From: Acaryochloridaceae cyanobacterium VAR_48_metabat_390
GTDB taxonomy: Bacteria > Cyanobacteriota > Cyanobacteriia > Thermosynechococcales > Thermosynechococcaceae
Length of the DNA stretch: 64,000 nucleotides
Assembly: GCA_031422435.1 (NCBI GenBank)
Contig: JANPLU010000030.1
Location: 64,001 to 128,000, forward strand
Reading direction: 5' to 3'
In this document: positions 28,208-38,820 of the stretch, piece by piece
Numbering within the stretch: the stretch's first letter is position 1
How the letters are laid out: each line of letters opens with the position of its first letter
Program-made: the position numbers and the translations under genes
Notes under the pieces: generated by a model
Told to the model about the DNA's origin: nothing
What the model saw: the letters and a program-made list of their open reading frames with translations, nothing else
Database searches by the model: none

Positions 28208-30064
28208 TTAATCCTGAGAAGAAGCGTTGAGAAGGTGGAGTGCATGGTCAAATCCGTCTACGCCAATTAAAGGCAGCACCCCAGGCCGACATTGCCGTGC
28301 TGCCGTATCAAACGCTTCTGCCCCAATCCGTCCTCTAATGACGCGCAGCAGACCCATTGGCTGACTTTGCTCAGGTGCCTGAATTTGTTCTAGGCCATAT
28401 AAGCTTAGTAGCCCTGCGCCAACGGCCTGGGGGTAATCGCCCAGACGATAGTAGCTTTCGGCTAGGTAAGACCAGTTCAGCCCTTGCAGATACAAATCAC
28501 CGGAGCGCTGAGCCGCCTGTAGCCCCTGCTGAAGATACATGATCGCTTCATCATGCTGCTCAAGTAGGCCATAGGCGATGCCCAAGCTATTGCAGCACAG
28601 CGCTTGACTTTGGCGATCGCCCAGCTTTTCTGACAGTCTCAGCCCTTCTTTGAGATACCCAATCGCCACCTCAGAGGCTTCCGGTATCAATCGCTCAATC
28701 TGCTGTGCCGTCACAATTTGGGCATAGCCTAAGTTTGTTAGGGCATTGGCTTCACCCAGGCGATCTCCCCGCTGCCTTGCCAAAATTAACGCCCGCTGGG
28801 CGTAGCTCGTTGAGTTGGCGTACCGCTTTTGAGCAATAAACGTGCGGCTAATGTGGTTGAGGTTAGCAATTTCGCAGGGGGTGTCGTTAGCCGCTTGGGC
28901 AATTTCAAGCGCCTGCTGATGGAACGAAAGCGATCGCTCAACCTGCCCCATGGCTCGCTGCGAATAGCCCAACAGCGTCAGCATTCGCGCCTTTTCTTGA
29001 GTGCCTTCAGCCTGCCGAAGGGGTTCATCGAGATAAGTGAGCGCATCTTGAAGGTGACGGCCTGACAGCAGCGCAAACACCCCGCCGTACAGCGGAAAGT
29101 AAGGACGCTGGGTAAAAGCGCGCAGGGTTTGCAGCGCCATCTGAAAGCAACCTTGACTCAGCGGTTCGCGGTTGTGAATATTGAGCGTAGCGGCCTGTCC
29201 AATGCCAGCAGAAAGCTGTCCCCAAAGCACCGCAAAAGAAAGAAACGTGGCGATGGTTTGCTGGGTGCCCCATTTAGAATCGTAGGGCTGTTGCTCAAAC
29301 CAAGTCACCAGACCGCGCTGGGTCAACTGAAGCGTAAGGGCAAGATCTACCCAGTCTTGCAGCGTATTGTCTGCGTTACCAAGGCTATCGGCAATGGGCT
29401 GGTTTAAGGCCAACCCCTGAAATAGCGACCTGAGCAGCGGACGGCTCATCTGCTGTGACCAAAGCTGCCACGGCCCCCGCTGACCAGGGGTACCTTCAAA
29501 CCCCAAAGTGCTTTGGCTTTGCTCGTACATCCAGCTCACTAAGTGAGGCTCCAACGCTTTCCAAGAGGCCAATCCTGCTCGAATGCCCGTAATCACTTCC
29601 TGAAGATCCTCGTTAGAAGAACCCATCATAGAGACGGTTTGATTGAGCGTACCTGCCAACTGCTTGAGCTGCTCTAAGGTTAGAGGCTGTGCCTGGTTTG
29701 CATCTAATACACTTACCCAGGCGGTGAAATACTGGTCGGGTTGAGATCTCAGGATGACTTGGGTTGCAGCGGCGATCGCATTACTCGCCCCCTGATCTTT
29801 TTGATACCGCTCCCACTCACCCTGAATGGTCTTGAGTGCCCTTAAGCTGCGGGTAGCTTTAGCCTGCTTGAGTTCGTCTATGGCGTTGGTGACGGCTAAC
29901 TGCGTGGTAGCTAACTGTTCTTGTAGGCACTGCTCCAGAATTTCTGCCGAATCGGGTTCTAGATCCTGCACCAGCTCACGATAAACCTGTTCCTTAGAAG
30001 GAAGCTGCCCCTTGAGCACTTTTTGAACGAGTTCGGTTAGGAGCGTGTGGTAGCGATCGCGCAA
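28208..30064 (-). CDS. Conserved cyanobacterial TPR-repeat protein
   Basis: C-terminal TPR repeats (ALEIAQAANDTPCEIANLN; GDRLGEANALTNLG; GDRQSQALCCNSLG). Confidence 0.8.
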   Translation of the reverse strand: MRDRYHTLLTELVQKVLKGQLPSKEQVYRELVQDLEPDSAEILEQCLQEQLATTQLAVTNAIDELKQAKATRSLRALKTIQGEWERYQKDQGASNAIAAATQVILRSQPDQYFTAWVSVLDANQAQPLTLEQLKQLAGTLNQTVSMMGSSNEDLQEVITGIRAGLASWKALEPHLVSWMYEQSQSTLGFEGTPGQRGPWQLWSQQMSRPLLRSLFQGLALNQPIADSLGNADNTLQDWVDLALTLQLTQRGLVTWFEQQPYDSKWGTQQTIATFLSFAVLWGQLSAGIGQAATLNIHNREPLSQGCFQMALQTLRAFTQRPYFPLYGGVFALLSGRHLQDALTYLDEPLRQAEGTQEKARMLTLLGYSQRAMGQVERSLSFHQQALEIAQAANDTPCEIANLNHISRTFIAQKRYANSTSYAQRALILARQRGDRLGEANALTNLGYAQIVTAQQIERLIPEASEVAIGYLKEGLRLSEKLGDRQSQALCCNSLGIAYGLLEQHDEAIMYLQQGLQAAQRSGDLYLQGLNWSYLAESYYRLGDYPQAVGAGLLSLYGLEQIQAPEQSQPMGLLRVIRGRIGAEAFDTAARQCRPGVLPLIGVDGFDHALHLLNASSQD

Positions 30065-30597
30065 GAGATGATCCTCGAAAAGCAGTATGTATTCGTGTCT
30101 CTGATGATAACAGTCCTAGCTCATCCAGATAAAACACACTTTGGCTAGGTCGTCCTAGTCCATACTGCTTTGGGGCTTAAGGCAAATCTGCCCCAGAAGA
30201 GGGCACGGTATAGACTGATCGCCAGACCATGTCATAAAGGTTTCCTGATTTTGAGAGTGCCGTGGAGTCTCTAGCATGATCTGCCACACCTGCTTAAAGG
30301 GAAGCAAATGAAACCTTTCTGGATAATGCGGGAGCAAGAGGTTGGTCTATCAAAGAGCAGCAGCTTTAGCAGTCTGGATCGGTCCAGTGGCTCCAGTGGA
30401 TGTGATGCGATAGTCCGTTCTTGATCACAAATCGGCATGATAAGCCGTTAGGTTGATTGTAAAAACTGGGTCAACCAATTGATAATAGACATCGTGCCTG
30501 TAAACAGCATTTCCGCTGGCAGTAGTGTGATGGGCGGCTGCTAATCTCCCAATCTCGATCATCACTAGAGAGCCTTCAACTGTTGCGATCAATCTTC

Positions 30598-31515
30598 ATG
30601 AAAAAATATCCAATTATGTTAGTCCTTGGCTATTGGCTAGGGCCGTTGTTAATCATAGCTAGCCATGTAGGAGCTATTATCCCTTTCTTTACAGGCTTGT
30701 CTGGGCCAGCCGTGCTGTGGGTTATCTTTCTGTATTTGATCAGAATGTTAGGTATTACAGCTATCTATCACCGGCTGATTATTCATAAATCTTATCAAGC
30801 ACCCGCAATCATTCGATGGGTGGGTAGCTTAATCGCCTGTTCTGCGGGACAAATGGGACCTAACTGGTGGAAAGGTCATCACATGGAAGGTCATCATCTT
30901 TCTTCTGACCAGAAGGGTGATAGCCATTCTCCGCATATGCCTTTTGTCGGCATTCCTGGCTTTTTGTGGTCACAAGGAGGCTGGCTGTTATCTAGAAAAA
31001 ACTTTTTGCCACCCAGCTTGCCTGCTGATGTCGAGGCTGATTTGGGATTGAAGATAATTGATCGCTTTCATTTTTTGCCCCTTATCTTGCTGAACTTAAT
31101 ATCATTTCAGATTGGTGGCCTAGAAGGTTTGGGTGCTTGCTGCCTGAGTACTGTATTGCTCTTTCATGGAGTGGCTACCGTCAACTCTCTCGCCCATTTA
31201 GCTGGCGAGCAGCCCTTTACTACTAAGGACTATAGTCGCAACAACTGGTTTGTAGCGTTGCTTACTTTAGGTGAAGGTTGGCACAACATGCACCATGCTT
31301 TTCAATGGTCAGCTCGCCATGGTTTTTCTATTCGCTCTGGTCAGGTTGTGCGACTAATCGATCCTACCTATTCTTTTATCCAGCTATTAGAAAAACTGGG
31401 ATTGGCTTCCAATATCAAAGTGCCTACAGATGGTGAATTGCTACAGGCTGCCAATCCAGGTTTGGTTTCTACTACTAGTTGGATTAGAAAAATTAATTTT
31501 TCATACAATAAATGA
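30598..31515 (+). CDS. Membrane fatty-acid desaturase (delta-9/acyl-CoA type, divergent)
   Basis: His boxes HRLIIH, HHMEGHH, HNMHH; D.HSP, VNSLAH, GEGWHN; TM helices; ATG at 30598. Confidence 0.88.
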   Translation: MKKYPIMLVLGYWLGPLLIIASHVGAIIPFFTGLSGPAVLWVIFLYLIRMLGITAIYHRLIIHKSYQAPAIIRWVGSLIACSAGQMGPNWWKGHHMEGHHLSSDQKGDSHSPHMPFVGIPGFLWSQGGWLLSRKNFLPPSLPADVEADLGLKIIDRFHFLPLILLNLISFQIGGLEGLGACCLSTVLLFHGVATVNSLAHLAGEQPFTTKDYSRNNWFVALLTLGEGWHNMHHAFQWSARHGFSIRSGQVVRLIDPTYSFIQLLEKLGLASNIKVPTDGELLQAANPGLVSTTSWIRKINFSYNK

Positions 31516-31677
31516 AAACATTTGTGTCAATTATTAATTTTCTTTCAGATAAATTTAATTTATCTAGATATCTTTGTTGATTTGCTAAAATAGACGAAAG
31601 TTAATTTCTTTGCTTCGGATTGATAATAGAGAGATTTACTTACTCTTTTCGTTAACTAGAAACTGGAGAATAAACTA

Positions 31678-32811
31678 ATGACTTCTCTGTCAAGTAATCA
31701 CAGTATTCAAAGTTACATTCCGATTGTTGGTGATATTAATACCAAAATACCTTGGGCATACCAAGTTACTCGTGAGTTTATTAAAGTAGCCAATTTGGTT
31801 CAAATGGCTTTCGCAGAATCTTACATTAATGGTCTAGAAATCCCCGATCCGGCTTTACGGTCTTTTTTTGATACCTGTATGCCGGTTATTTTTAAGCATT
31901 TTCCGGCATTTCTTACCCCCTATGATTGGGTTCTACGCGAAACCGATCACTTGGCTGAAGGCTCGAGAGAGCTGATGAAAACGCAATATGATCTCCCTCA
32001 GGGCATGTTGAATCGAATGATTGGTGATAGTTCAATTATTTATCCGAAATATAGTATGGGTCTATGGGAAAGAGGAGCTGTTGATCTGGAGCAGTCTCAA
32101 ATTCACATGATTGACGACATTATTGAAAAAATGGAAATCCAAGATGGTGATAATATCTTGGATTTTGGCTGTGGTTGGGGCTGTATTCCTAATTACATCT
32201 TGTCAAAGTTCCCCAATGTCAAATTTACTGGGCTGAACCTAAGTCATGAGCAATGTGAATATATGCGTCGAAAAATGCAGGATCCGGAGAGTTATCTGAG
32301 TTCTGGGCGCTTTACTTTGGTAGAAGGGGATCTTAACGAAGTAAAGTTTGCCGAAAAATTCGATAAAATTTTATCAGTTGGAGTTTTTTGCCATGTAGGC
32401 AGTTTGACTCATGCCTTTAAGAAGCTGGCTGCTTTCTTAAAGCCTAATGGTAAATGTTTCATTCACATCATCACAGTGCGGCTACCCAATAATATCTCTA
32501 GTGCTTTTACCCATAAGTACATATTTCCCCACGGTCGCTACTGGAAATATGATGCCATTCCTAGCTGTAATCAAGACTTGAAAACAGTGCAAAGCTGGTA
32601 TCTCAACGGCATGAACTACTCCAAAACCCTGTCGGCCTGGTTAGAGAACTTTGATAACAGCTATGACGAGGTTAAAAATCTAGATTACAACATGGACTAC
32701 GCGAAGTTCCGTCGCATCTGGCGATTTTATTTAATCTGGTTTGTGTCTAACTTTGCGAGTTGTAATGGCGAAATCAACGGTAATGGTCAGTTTCTAATGG
32801 TTCATGCCTAG
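31678..32811 (+). CDS. SAM-dependent methyltransferase, CFA-synthase/coclaurine-N-methyltransferase family
   Basis: QYDL, KYS, ILDFGCGWG, LSHEQ, FDKILSVG, YIFPHG, NYSKTLSAW, RIWRFYL; GGAG RBS. Confidence 0.88.
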   Translation: MTSLSSNHSIQSYIPIVGDINTKIPWAYQVTREFIKVANLVQMAFAESYINGLEIPDPALRSFFDTCMPVIFKHFPAFLTPYDWVLRETDHLAEGSRELMKTQYDLPQGMLNRMIGDSSIIYPKYSMGLWERGAVDLEQSQIHMIDDIIEKMEIQDGDNILDFGCGWGCIPNYILSKFPNVKFTGLNLSHEQCEYMRRKMQDPESYLSSGRFTLVEGDLNEVKFAEKFDKILSVGVFCHVGSLTHAFKKLAAFLKPNGKCFIHIITVRLPNNISSAFTHKYIFPHGRYWKYDAIPSCNQDLKTVQSWYLNGMNYSKTLSAWLENFDNSYDEVKNLDYNMDYAKFRRIWRFYLIWFVSNFASCNGEINGNGQFLMVHA

Positions 32812-32833
32812 AGGGTTTCATGTCTAAAATCAG

Positions 32834-33937
32834 CTATCCCCCTAAGCCTTGGAGCAAAGTGCTGAGCCTACGGAAGTCTTCAGACTGGCCTTGGCCTTGG
32901 CTAAGGTAGAGCTGCCGCGCTGTTCTAAACTCAGCAATGGCCTCTTCTTTGCGGTTTCGATCCTGAAGTGCCAGCCCTGCTCGATGATGAGCCATCGGGT
33001 TTTGAGGCTGACTTTGGATGGCTTGACGATACGCAACCAGCGCCCCTAGAGAGTCCCCTTTTGCCCGCAGAATATCGCCGACGCCAATGTGTCCATCCGG
33101 CAGTTGGCTGTCGGCATTAGTGGCGCGGCGATAGGCTCCTAATGCCTCATCTAGGCTCCCTTGACCCTGTAAAATACTGCCTGCTTTAACGTTAACCTTG
33201 GCATTGCGAGGTTCTAAGGTCATCGCCTGCCTTGCAGCAGCGGTTGCCTCTTCAACATTCCCCTGAGCCAGAAACGCATAGGCTAGCCCGATCTGCACTT
33301 CTCCATTTTTAGGTGCGAGCTGTGCCGCCGTCTGAAGCGCTTTGATTGCTTCAGGAGTTTGCTGCTGCTGTAACGCTAAGATGCCCAGTGCGCGGTAGGC
33401 ATTCGCATTTTTAGGATTGATAACCACTATTTGTTGATACAGCTTGAGCGCATTCGTATAGTTCCGCTGACGACTATAGATGACGGCTAATCCTTCATAG
33501 GCATCGGTGCGCTTTGGATCAAGCGCAATCACCTGTTGATAGGCTTGAGCTGCATTAACATAATCATTGAGGTTGGCAAGGGAAAAGGCCAAGGCATAGT
33601 AAAAATTAGGGTCACGACCCTCTAGGGAGATCGCCTGCTGGTAGGTTTGCACCGCCTCTCTATAGGCACCCTGCTGAGCCTGAATAAACCCAATGGCTGA
33701 AACGATGCGCGCATTTTTAGGGTCTAAAGGCTGAGCCTGCCGATAAATTTGAAGCGCTGCGTCATATTTACCCGCATCAATCAAAGCCTTCCCGCGCTTA
33801 AACAGTTCATAAAGCTGAAGGGCATTGGCTGGGGATGGCAAAACGGGTCGCGCTTGCGCCATTACGCGAAAGGGCGTAAAAGCCCCCAAACCAAGGGACA
33901 GCAATAAACCTGCAATAAAAATGGGCTGAGTTCGCAC
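32834..33937 (-). CDS. Exported TPR-repeat protein
   Basis: Signal peptide plus about nine TPR units (Y.QA..LDP.N); GAGGAG RBS before GTG at 33937. Confidence 0.85.
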   Translation of the reverse strand: MRTQPIFIAGLLLSLGLGAFTPFRVMAQARPVLPSPANALQLYELFKRGKALIDAGKYDAALQIYRQAQPLDPKNARIVSAIGFIQAQQGAYREAVQTYQQAISLEGRDPNFYYALAFSLANLNDYVNAAQAYQQVIALDPKRTDAYEGLAVIYSRQRNYTNALKLYQQIVVINPKNANAYRALGILALQQQQTPEAIKALQTAAQLAPKNGEVQIGLAYAFLAQGNVEEATAAARQAMTLEPRNAKVNVKAGSILQGQGSLDEALGAYRRATNADSQLPDGHIGVGDILRAKGDSLGALVAYRQAIQSQPQNPMAHHRAGLALQDRNRKEEAIAEFRTARQLYLSQGQGQSEDFRRLSTLLQGLGG

Positions 33938-34145
33938 GAATGGCTCCTCATTGACACAACAGAACAATTTCCTTGACTGCATTCGAGGCTCAATTGAGCC
34001 TTCTTAAAAACTTGAACACAGATGGGGCGATCCTAGCCTACCTTAAGCGTAAGAGTTTCAACCCGCTTAACGCCTTATTGTGCCCTTAGGCCAATCATTA
34101 GTGATGACTGACTGGCTGCCACCCAACGATTAGGTACGTCCCCTC

Positions 34146-34199
34146 TTGCAAAATTTGGGATAAATCCGTTACGCTATTAAAACGTAGTCGATATGACTA
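34146..34199 (+). promoter_or_regulatory. Putative sigma70 promoter of the catalase gene with a downstream palindrome
   Basis: TTGCAA-N18-TACGCT, then TAGTC-GATAT-GACTA at 34185-34199. Confidence 0.4.
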
Positions 34200-34401
34200 T
34201 GACTTAGCTCGCGGATAGTTGTTTGCAAAATCGCTAAGCAAAGTTTTCTAGACGTTTCGGCTGCTCAACCTCAGCGCTGGCAGCGTTCTAAAAATCTGTC
34301 TAATGCCGTAGAGGCATTGATCTGTTCACTGCCTAAAATTCGCTTTGTCCCTTTGACAGCTACACCCAAAACCACTCATTTTTACAAGACTGGCTTAAAC
34401 C

Positions 34402-35877
34402 ATGACTGAACCTCAGAAATTAACCACTGCTGATGGCATTCCCGTTGCGGATAATCAAAACTCACTCACTGCTGGCTCCCGTGGCCCTGTCCTCATGCAG
34501 GATTTCTTCCTGATGGAGAAACTGGCTCACTTTAACCGAGAGCGGATTCCTGAGCGAGTTGTACATGCGAAGGGCGCAGCGGCTTTGGGGACGTTTACCG
34601 TGACCCATGACATTAGTCGCTACAGCAAAGCAGCGCTGTTTTCTGAAGTAGGCAAACAGACCCCCGTGCTGATCCGATTCTCAACGGTGGGAGGAGAACG
34701 AGGTTCCGCTGATGTTGAGCGTGACCCCAGAGGTTTCGCGATTAAGTTCTATACTGAAGAGGGTAACTGGGACTTGGTAGGTAACAATACCCCTGTGTTT
34801 TTCATCCGAGATCCGCTTAAGTTCCCTGATTTTGTCCACACTCAAAAGCGAAATCCCCAAACCAACTGTAAAGATCACAATGCAAAGTGGGATTTCTGGT
34901 CTGTCAGCCCTGAGGCGCTCCATCAGGTCACTATTCTGTTTTCAGACCGAGGCATCCCTAAAGACTATCGCCACATGGACGGGTTCGGGAGCCATACGTT
35001 CAGCTTAATCAATGCCCCGGGTGAGCGCGTTTGGTGTAAGTTTCACTTTAAAACCCAGCAAGGCCACCAAACTCTGACAGAGGCAGAAGCCGCCCAGGTG
35101 AAAGGGGAAGATGCCGACCATGCAACGCGCGATTTGTTTGAGGCGATCGCCAATAACAACTTTCCCAAGTGGCGCGTGTGCATTCAGGTCATGACCGAAG
35201 CACAGGCCGCCAACCATGCCGATAACCCCTTTGACCTCACCAAAATTTGGAAGCACTCAGAGTATCCGCTCATTGACGTCGGGATGCTGGAGCTAAACCG
35301 CAATCCAGAAAACTACTTTGCTCAAGTGGAGCAGTCGGCCTTTAGCCCCAGCAATGTCGTGCCAGGGATTGGATTTTCGCCAGATAAAGTGTTGCAAGGC
35401 CGTCTCATGTCCTATCCCGATGCCCAGCGCTATCGGTTGGGAGCGAACTATCAACAACTGCCTGTCAATCAGCCTAAATGCCCTGTGATGCACTACCAAC
35501 GAGATGGCTTTATGGCACTGGGTAATAATGGAGGAGCGGGGCCAAACTACGAACCCAACAGCAGCGAAACCACACCCAAAGAATGTCCGGCCTATGCCGA
35601 ACCGCCTCTTCCCTTAGGGAATGCCGCTGCTGATCGTTTTAGCCACCGCGAAGGCAATGACGACTATTCTCAAGCAGGCGCACTGTATCGACTGCTTCAG
35701 CCAGAGCAGCGGGCGCGTCTTGTGCAGAATATCGCTGCCAGCTTGAGTCAGGCGAGGCCAGAGATCCAACTGCGTCAGTTGTGCCACTTCTTTCGGGCTG
35801 ATGCAGAGTATGGGCAAAAGGTTGCCGAGGCGTTAGGGATATCTCTGGATCCGTCGATGTTTTCTGCTGAGAAATAA
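34402..35877 (+). CDS. katE: Monofunctional small-subunit heme catalase
   Basis: [34 protein letters not shown], proximal RLMSYPDAQ; 491 aa. Confidence 0.95.
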   Translation: MTEPQKLTTADGIPVADNQNSLTAGSRGPVLMQDFFLMEKLAHFNRERIPERVVHAKGAAALGTFTVTHDISRYSKAALFSEVGKQTPVLIRFSTVGGERGSADVERDPRGFAIKFYTEEGNWDLVGNNTPVFFIRDPLKFPDFVHTQKRNPQTNCKDHNAKWDFWSVSPEALHQVTILFSDRGIPKDYRHMDGFGSHTFSLINAPGERVWCKFHFKTQQGHQTLTEAEAAQVKGEDADHATRDLFEAIANNNFPKWRVCIQVMTEAQAANHADNPFDLTKIWKHSEYPLIDVGMLELNRNPENYFAQVEQSAFSPSNVVPGIGFSPDKVLQGRLMSYPDAQRYRLGANYQQLPVNQPKCPVMHYQRDGFMALGNNGGAGPNYEPNSSETTPKECPAYAEPPLPLGNAAADRFSHREGNDDYSQAGALYRLLQPEQRARLVQNIAASLSQARPEIQLRQLCHFFRADAEYGQKVAEALGISLDPSMFSAEK

Positions 35878-35912
35878 ATGGCGATTTTGGCTAAGCAGTT
35901 CTAATTGTCCGT

Positions 35913-35941
35913 GTAGGGGCATGACAATGCCATGCCTCTAC
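35913..35941. repeat. GTAG-type REP-like palindrome
   Basis: GTAGGGGCATG-ACAATGC-CATGCCTCTAC between convergent katE and glgP. Confidence 0.7.
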
Positions 35942-35976
35942 CAAAGTAAGTTCTGGACGTATTTGATGCACGACCC

Positions 35977-38481
35977 TTAACAGTAAGCGGATAGCTCCAC
36001 AGGCACTGGCTTTACATCCCAAATCTCATCGCAGTAATCGCGAATAGATCGGTCAGAAGAGAACTTACCCATCCGTGCCGCGTTTAGGATTGACATCCGC
36101 GTCCAGCGTTCCTGATCGCGGTAGGCCAAGCTAACCTCATCTTGACAATTGATGTAGGGTTCAAAGTCTGCGAATACAAAGTACGGGTCTTGGTGCAGCA
36201 GCAGGTCTACCAGCGGCCTAAAGATATCGCCATCGCCGTGGGAGAAAAAGCCAGACGAAATTCGGTCGATCGCCAGCTTTAGCTCTGGATTTGCGTGGTA
36301 ATAGTCCATCGGCTGATAGCCTTGGGCACGTTTGGCGTAGACTTCTTCTGCTGTTAGCCCAAATAAGAAAAAGTTTTCGGCTCCAACTTCCTCACGGATT
36401 TCGACGTTTGCGCCGTCTAAGGTACCAATGGTCATGGCTCCATTCATTGCAAACTTCATGTTGCCCGTTCCAGAGGCTTCCTTCCCTGCGGTTGAAATTT
36501 GCTCTGATAAATCGGCGGCTGGGTAAACGCGCTGGGCAAACTTCACGTTGAAGTTTTTCATGAACAGCACCTTCAGCCGTCCCCGCACGTCTGGATCGCG
36601 GTTGACGATATCGCCCACGGAGTTGATCAATTTAATAATCAGCTTCGCCATATGGTAGCCTGGAGCGGCCTTGCCTCCAAACAGGAACGTACGCGGCGTA
36701 ATTTCGACATCAGGATTGGCCTTAATGCGGTTGTACAGCGTAATGATGTGCAGCACGTTGAGATGCTGACGTTTGTACTCGTGGATGCGCTTGGCCTGAA
36801 TATCAAAGAGCGAGGTGGGATCTACCGTTAGACCGTAATGATTCTGGATATAAATCGAAAGATCGCGTTTGCGATCAAGCTTAATCTGTCGCCAGCGCTG
36901 CTGAAACTCAACGTCATCCACATAGGCTTCAATCCCACGGAGTTCGTCCAAGTTCCGCACCCATTCTGGCCCAATTTTTTCCGTAATGAGTTTGGCAAGG
37001 GGCTGGTTGCTCAGTACCATAAACCGACGGGGCGTTACGCCATTGGTTTTGTTGCTGAATTTTTCAGGGTACATTTCCCAAAAATCTTTGAGAACGTCTG
37101 ATTTCAGCAGGTCGGTATGGAGTGCGGCAACTCCATTAATGGCATGACTACCCACGCAGGCTAGGTGAGCCATCCGAACATAGCGATCGCCACTTTCATC
37201 AATCAGCGACATCCGTGCCAGTCGCGCCTCATCATCGGGGAAGCGAATCCGAATTTCGTCCAAAAAGCGAAGGTTTATTTCATAAATAATTTCGAGATGA
37301 CGCGGCAAAATTTGAGAGAACAAATTAATCGGCCAACGTTCTAAAGCCTCTGGCATCAGCGTGTGGTTGGTGTAGGCCAATGTCTTTTGCGTAATTGACC
37401 AGGCTTTGTCCCAGGGGAGATCGTGATCATCAATGAGTAGCCGCATCAGCTCCGCCACTGAAATAGCGGGATGGGTATCGTTGAGCTGAACTGCAAACTT
37501 TTCATGGAAATGGTCGATGGGAATACCCTGACGCTCCAAAATTCTAATCATGTCTTGAAGAGAGCAAGACACAAAGAAAATCTGCTGGGTCAAACGCAAA
37601 AGCTTACCCTGAGAGCCATCGTCATTAGGGTACAAAACCTTAGAGATATTTTCAGAAAACACCTTCTCGTGGACTGCACCCACATAGTCGCCGGAGTTAA
37701 AAGCCCCAAAGTCAAAAGATTCTGGAGCCTGAGCCGTCCAGAGTCTTAGGGTGTTCGCAGTATTGGTCTTGTAGCCCATGATGGGCGTATCGTAAGGGAT
37801 GCCCTGTAGAACCTGATAGGGTGCCCACCGAACTTTCTTATTGCCTTGGTTGTCCACATAGTGTTCGGTATGTCCCCCAATTTTGACGGAAACAGCCCAC
37901 TCTGGTCTTGGCAGCTCCCAAGGGTTTCCGGCTTTGAGCCATTTATCCGTCAGCTCAATCTGCCAACCATCTTTAATATCTTGGGCAAAAATCCCAAACT
38001 CGTAGCGAATGCCATAGCCAATCGTCGGAATGTCTAAGGTGGCTAGGGAATCGAGATAGCAGGCTGCCAATCGCCCCAAGCCACCGTTGCCTAATCCTGG
38101 TTCTTCTTCTTGCTCTAGCAGGTCGTCAAAATCGAGACCCAGCTCGGTCATGGCCTGCTTGGTCTGGTCATAAATGCCTAGGTTAACCAAGTTATTGCCC
38201 AGGTGAGGCCCCATCAAAAACTCTGCGGAAAGGTACGCCACGGTGCGCGATCCGCTAGTGGTGTAGGTGGCAGCAGTGTTGATCCAGCGCTGAAGCATGC
38301 GATCGCGCACGGTGTAGGCCAGGGCTTGATAGTAGTCGTTCTGGCTGGCAAGACCTGGAAACTTACCCAGCACGTAGAACAAATTGTCGAGAAACGAGCG
38401 CTTGAGAATATCCACGCCTAGCCCTGTGCGGCTAAGATCACAGGTCATCGTTTCAATGGTCAGGTTAGAGGCCGTTTGCAT
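35977..38481 (-). CDS. glgP: Glycogen phosphorylase
   Basis: GLGNGGLGRLAACY, QLNDTHP, KRIHEYKRQ, EASGTGNMKF (PLP lysine). Confidence 0.97.
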   Translation of the reverse strand: MQTASNLTIETMTCDLSRTGLGVDILKRSFLDNLFYVLGKFPGLASQNDYYQALAYTVRDRMLQRWINTAATYTTSGSRTVAYLSAEFLMGPHLGNNLVNLGIYDQTKQAMTELGLDFDDLLEQEEEPGLGNGGLGRLAACYLDSLATLDIPTIGYGIRYEFGIFAQDIKDGWQIELTDKWLKAGNPWELPRPEWAVSVKIGGHTEHYVDNQGNKKVRWAPYQVLQGIPYDTPIMGYKTNTANTLRLWTAQAPESFDFGAFNSGDYVGAVHEKVFSENISKVLYPNDDGSQGKLLRLTQQIFFVSCSLQDMIRILERQGIPIDHFHEKFAVQLNDTHPAISVAELMRLLIDDHDLPWDKAWSITQKTLAYTNHTLMPEALERWPINLFSQILPRHLEIIYEINLRFLDEIRIRFPDDEARLARMSLIDESGDRYVRMAHLACVGSHAINGVAALHTDLLKSDVLKDFWEMYPEKFSNKTNGVTPRRFMVLSNQPLAKLITEKIGPEWVRNLDELRGIEAYVDDVEFQQRWRQIKLDRKRDLSIYIQNHYGLTVDPTSLFDIQAKRIHEYKRQHLNVLHIITLYNRIKANPDVEITPRTFLFGGKAAPGYHMAKLIIKLINSVGDIVNRDPDVRGRLKVLFMKNFNVKFAQRVYPAADLSEQISTAGKEASGTGNMKFAMNGAMTIGTLDGANVEIREEVGAENFFLFGLTAEEVYAKRAQGYQPMDYYHANPELKLAIDRISSGFFSHGDGDIFRPLVDLLLHQDPYFVFADFEPYINCQDEVSLAYRDQERWTRMSILNAARMGKFSSDRSIRDYCDEIWDVKPVPVELSAYC

Positions 38482-38820
38482 GCATCAATTCCTTTACAAC
38501 TAAGGCGTCCAGTATTTATTCCAATCGACGGTCGATAAGCCAGAGAGATGGCTTACTGCGGATAGTCTTCCACAAACCTCTAGCCCTTAGCGGTGTTTGA
38601 TAGACACACGCCCTATTATTAGTTAGCTGTCACTGCCTTGACCTTATCTTCTCAAAGCAGATCGTTACTGTTAGTGTTGCATCACTCTCTCACATCCTAG
38701 AGTTTTATGGACAGGATTGATTACGGCTATTGCAAGCTTTTCACACTCATCGGCTCGAAATGGTTGCCCATGACACCAAATGTGTTGAGTCTGGAGCCTG
38801 ATGGGGCAATTGCTGAGCAC

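Noticed and set aside
30401..30429. CRP box upstream of the desaturase
   Set aside because: TGTGA and TCACA are present but far more than 6 nt apart
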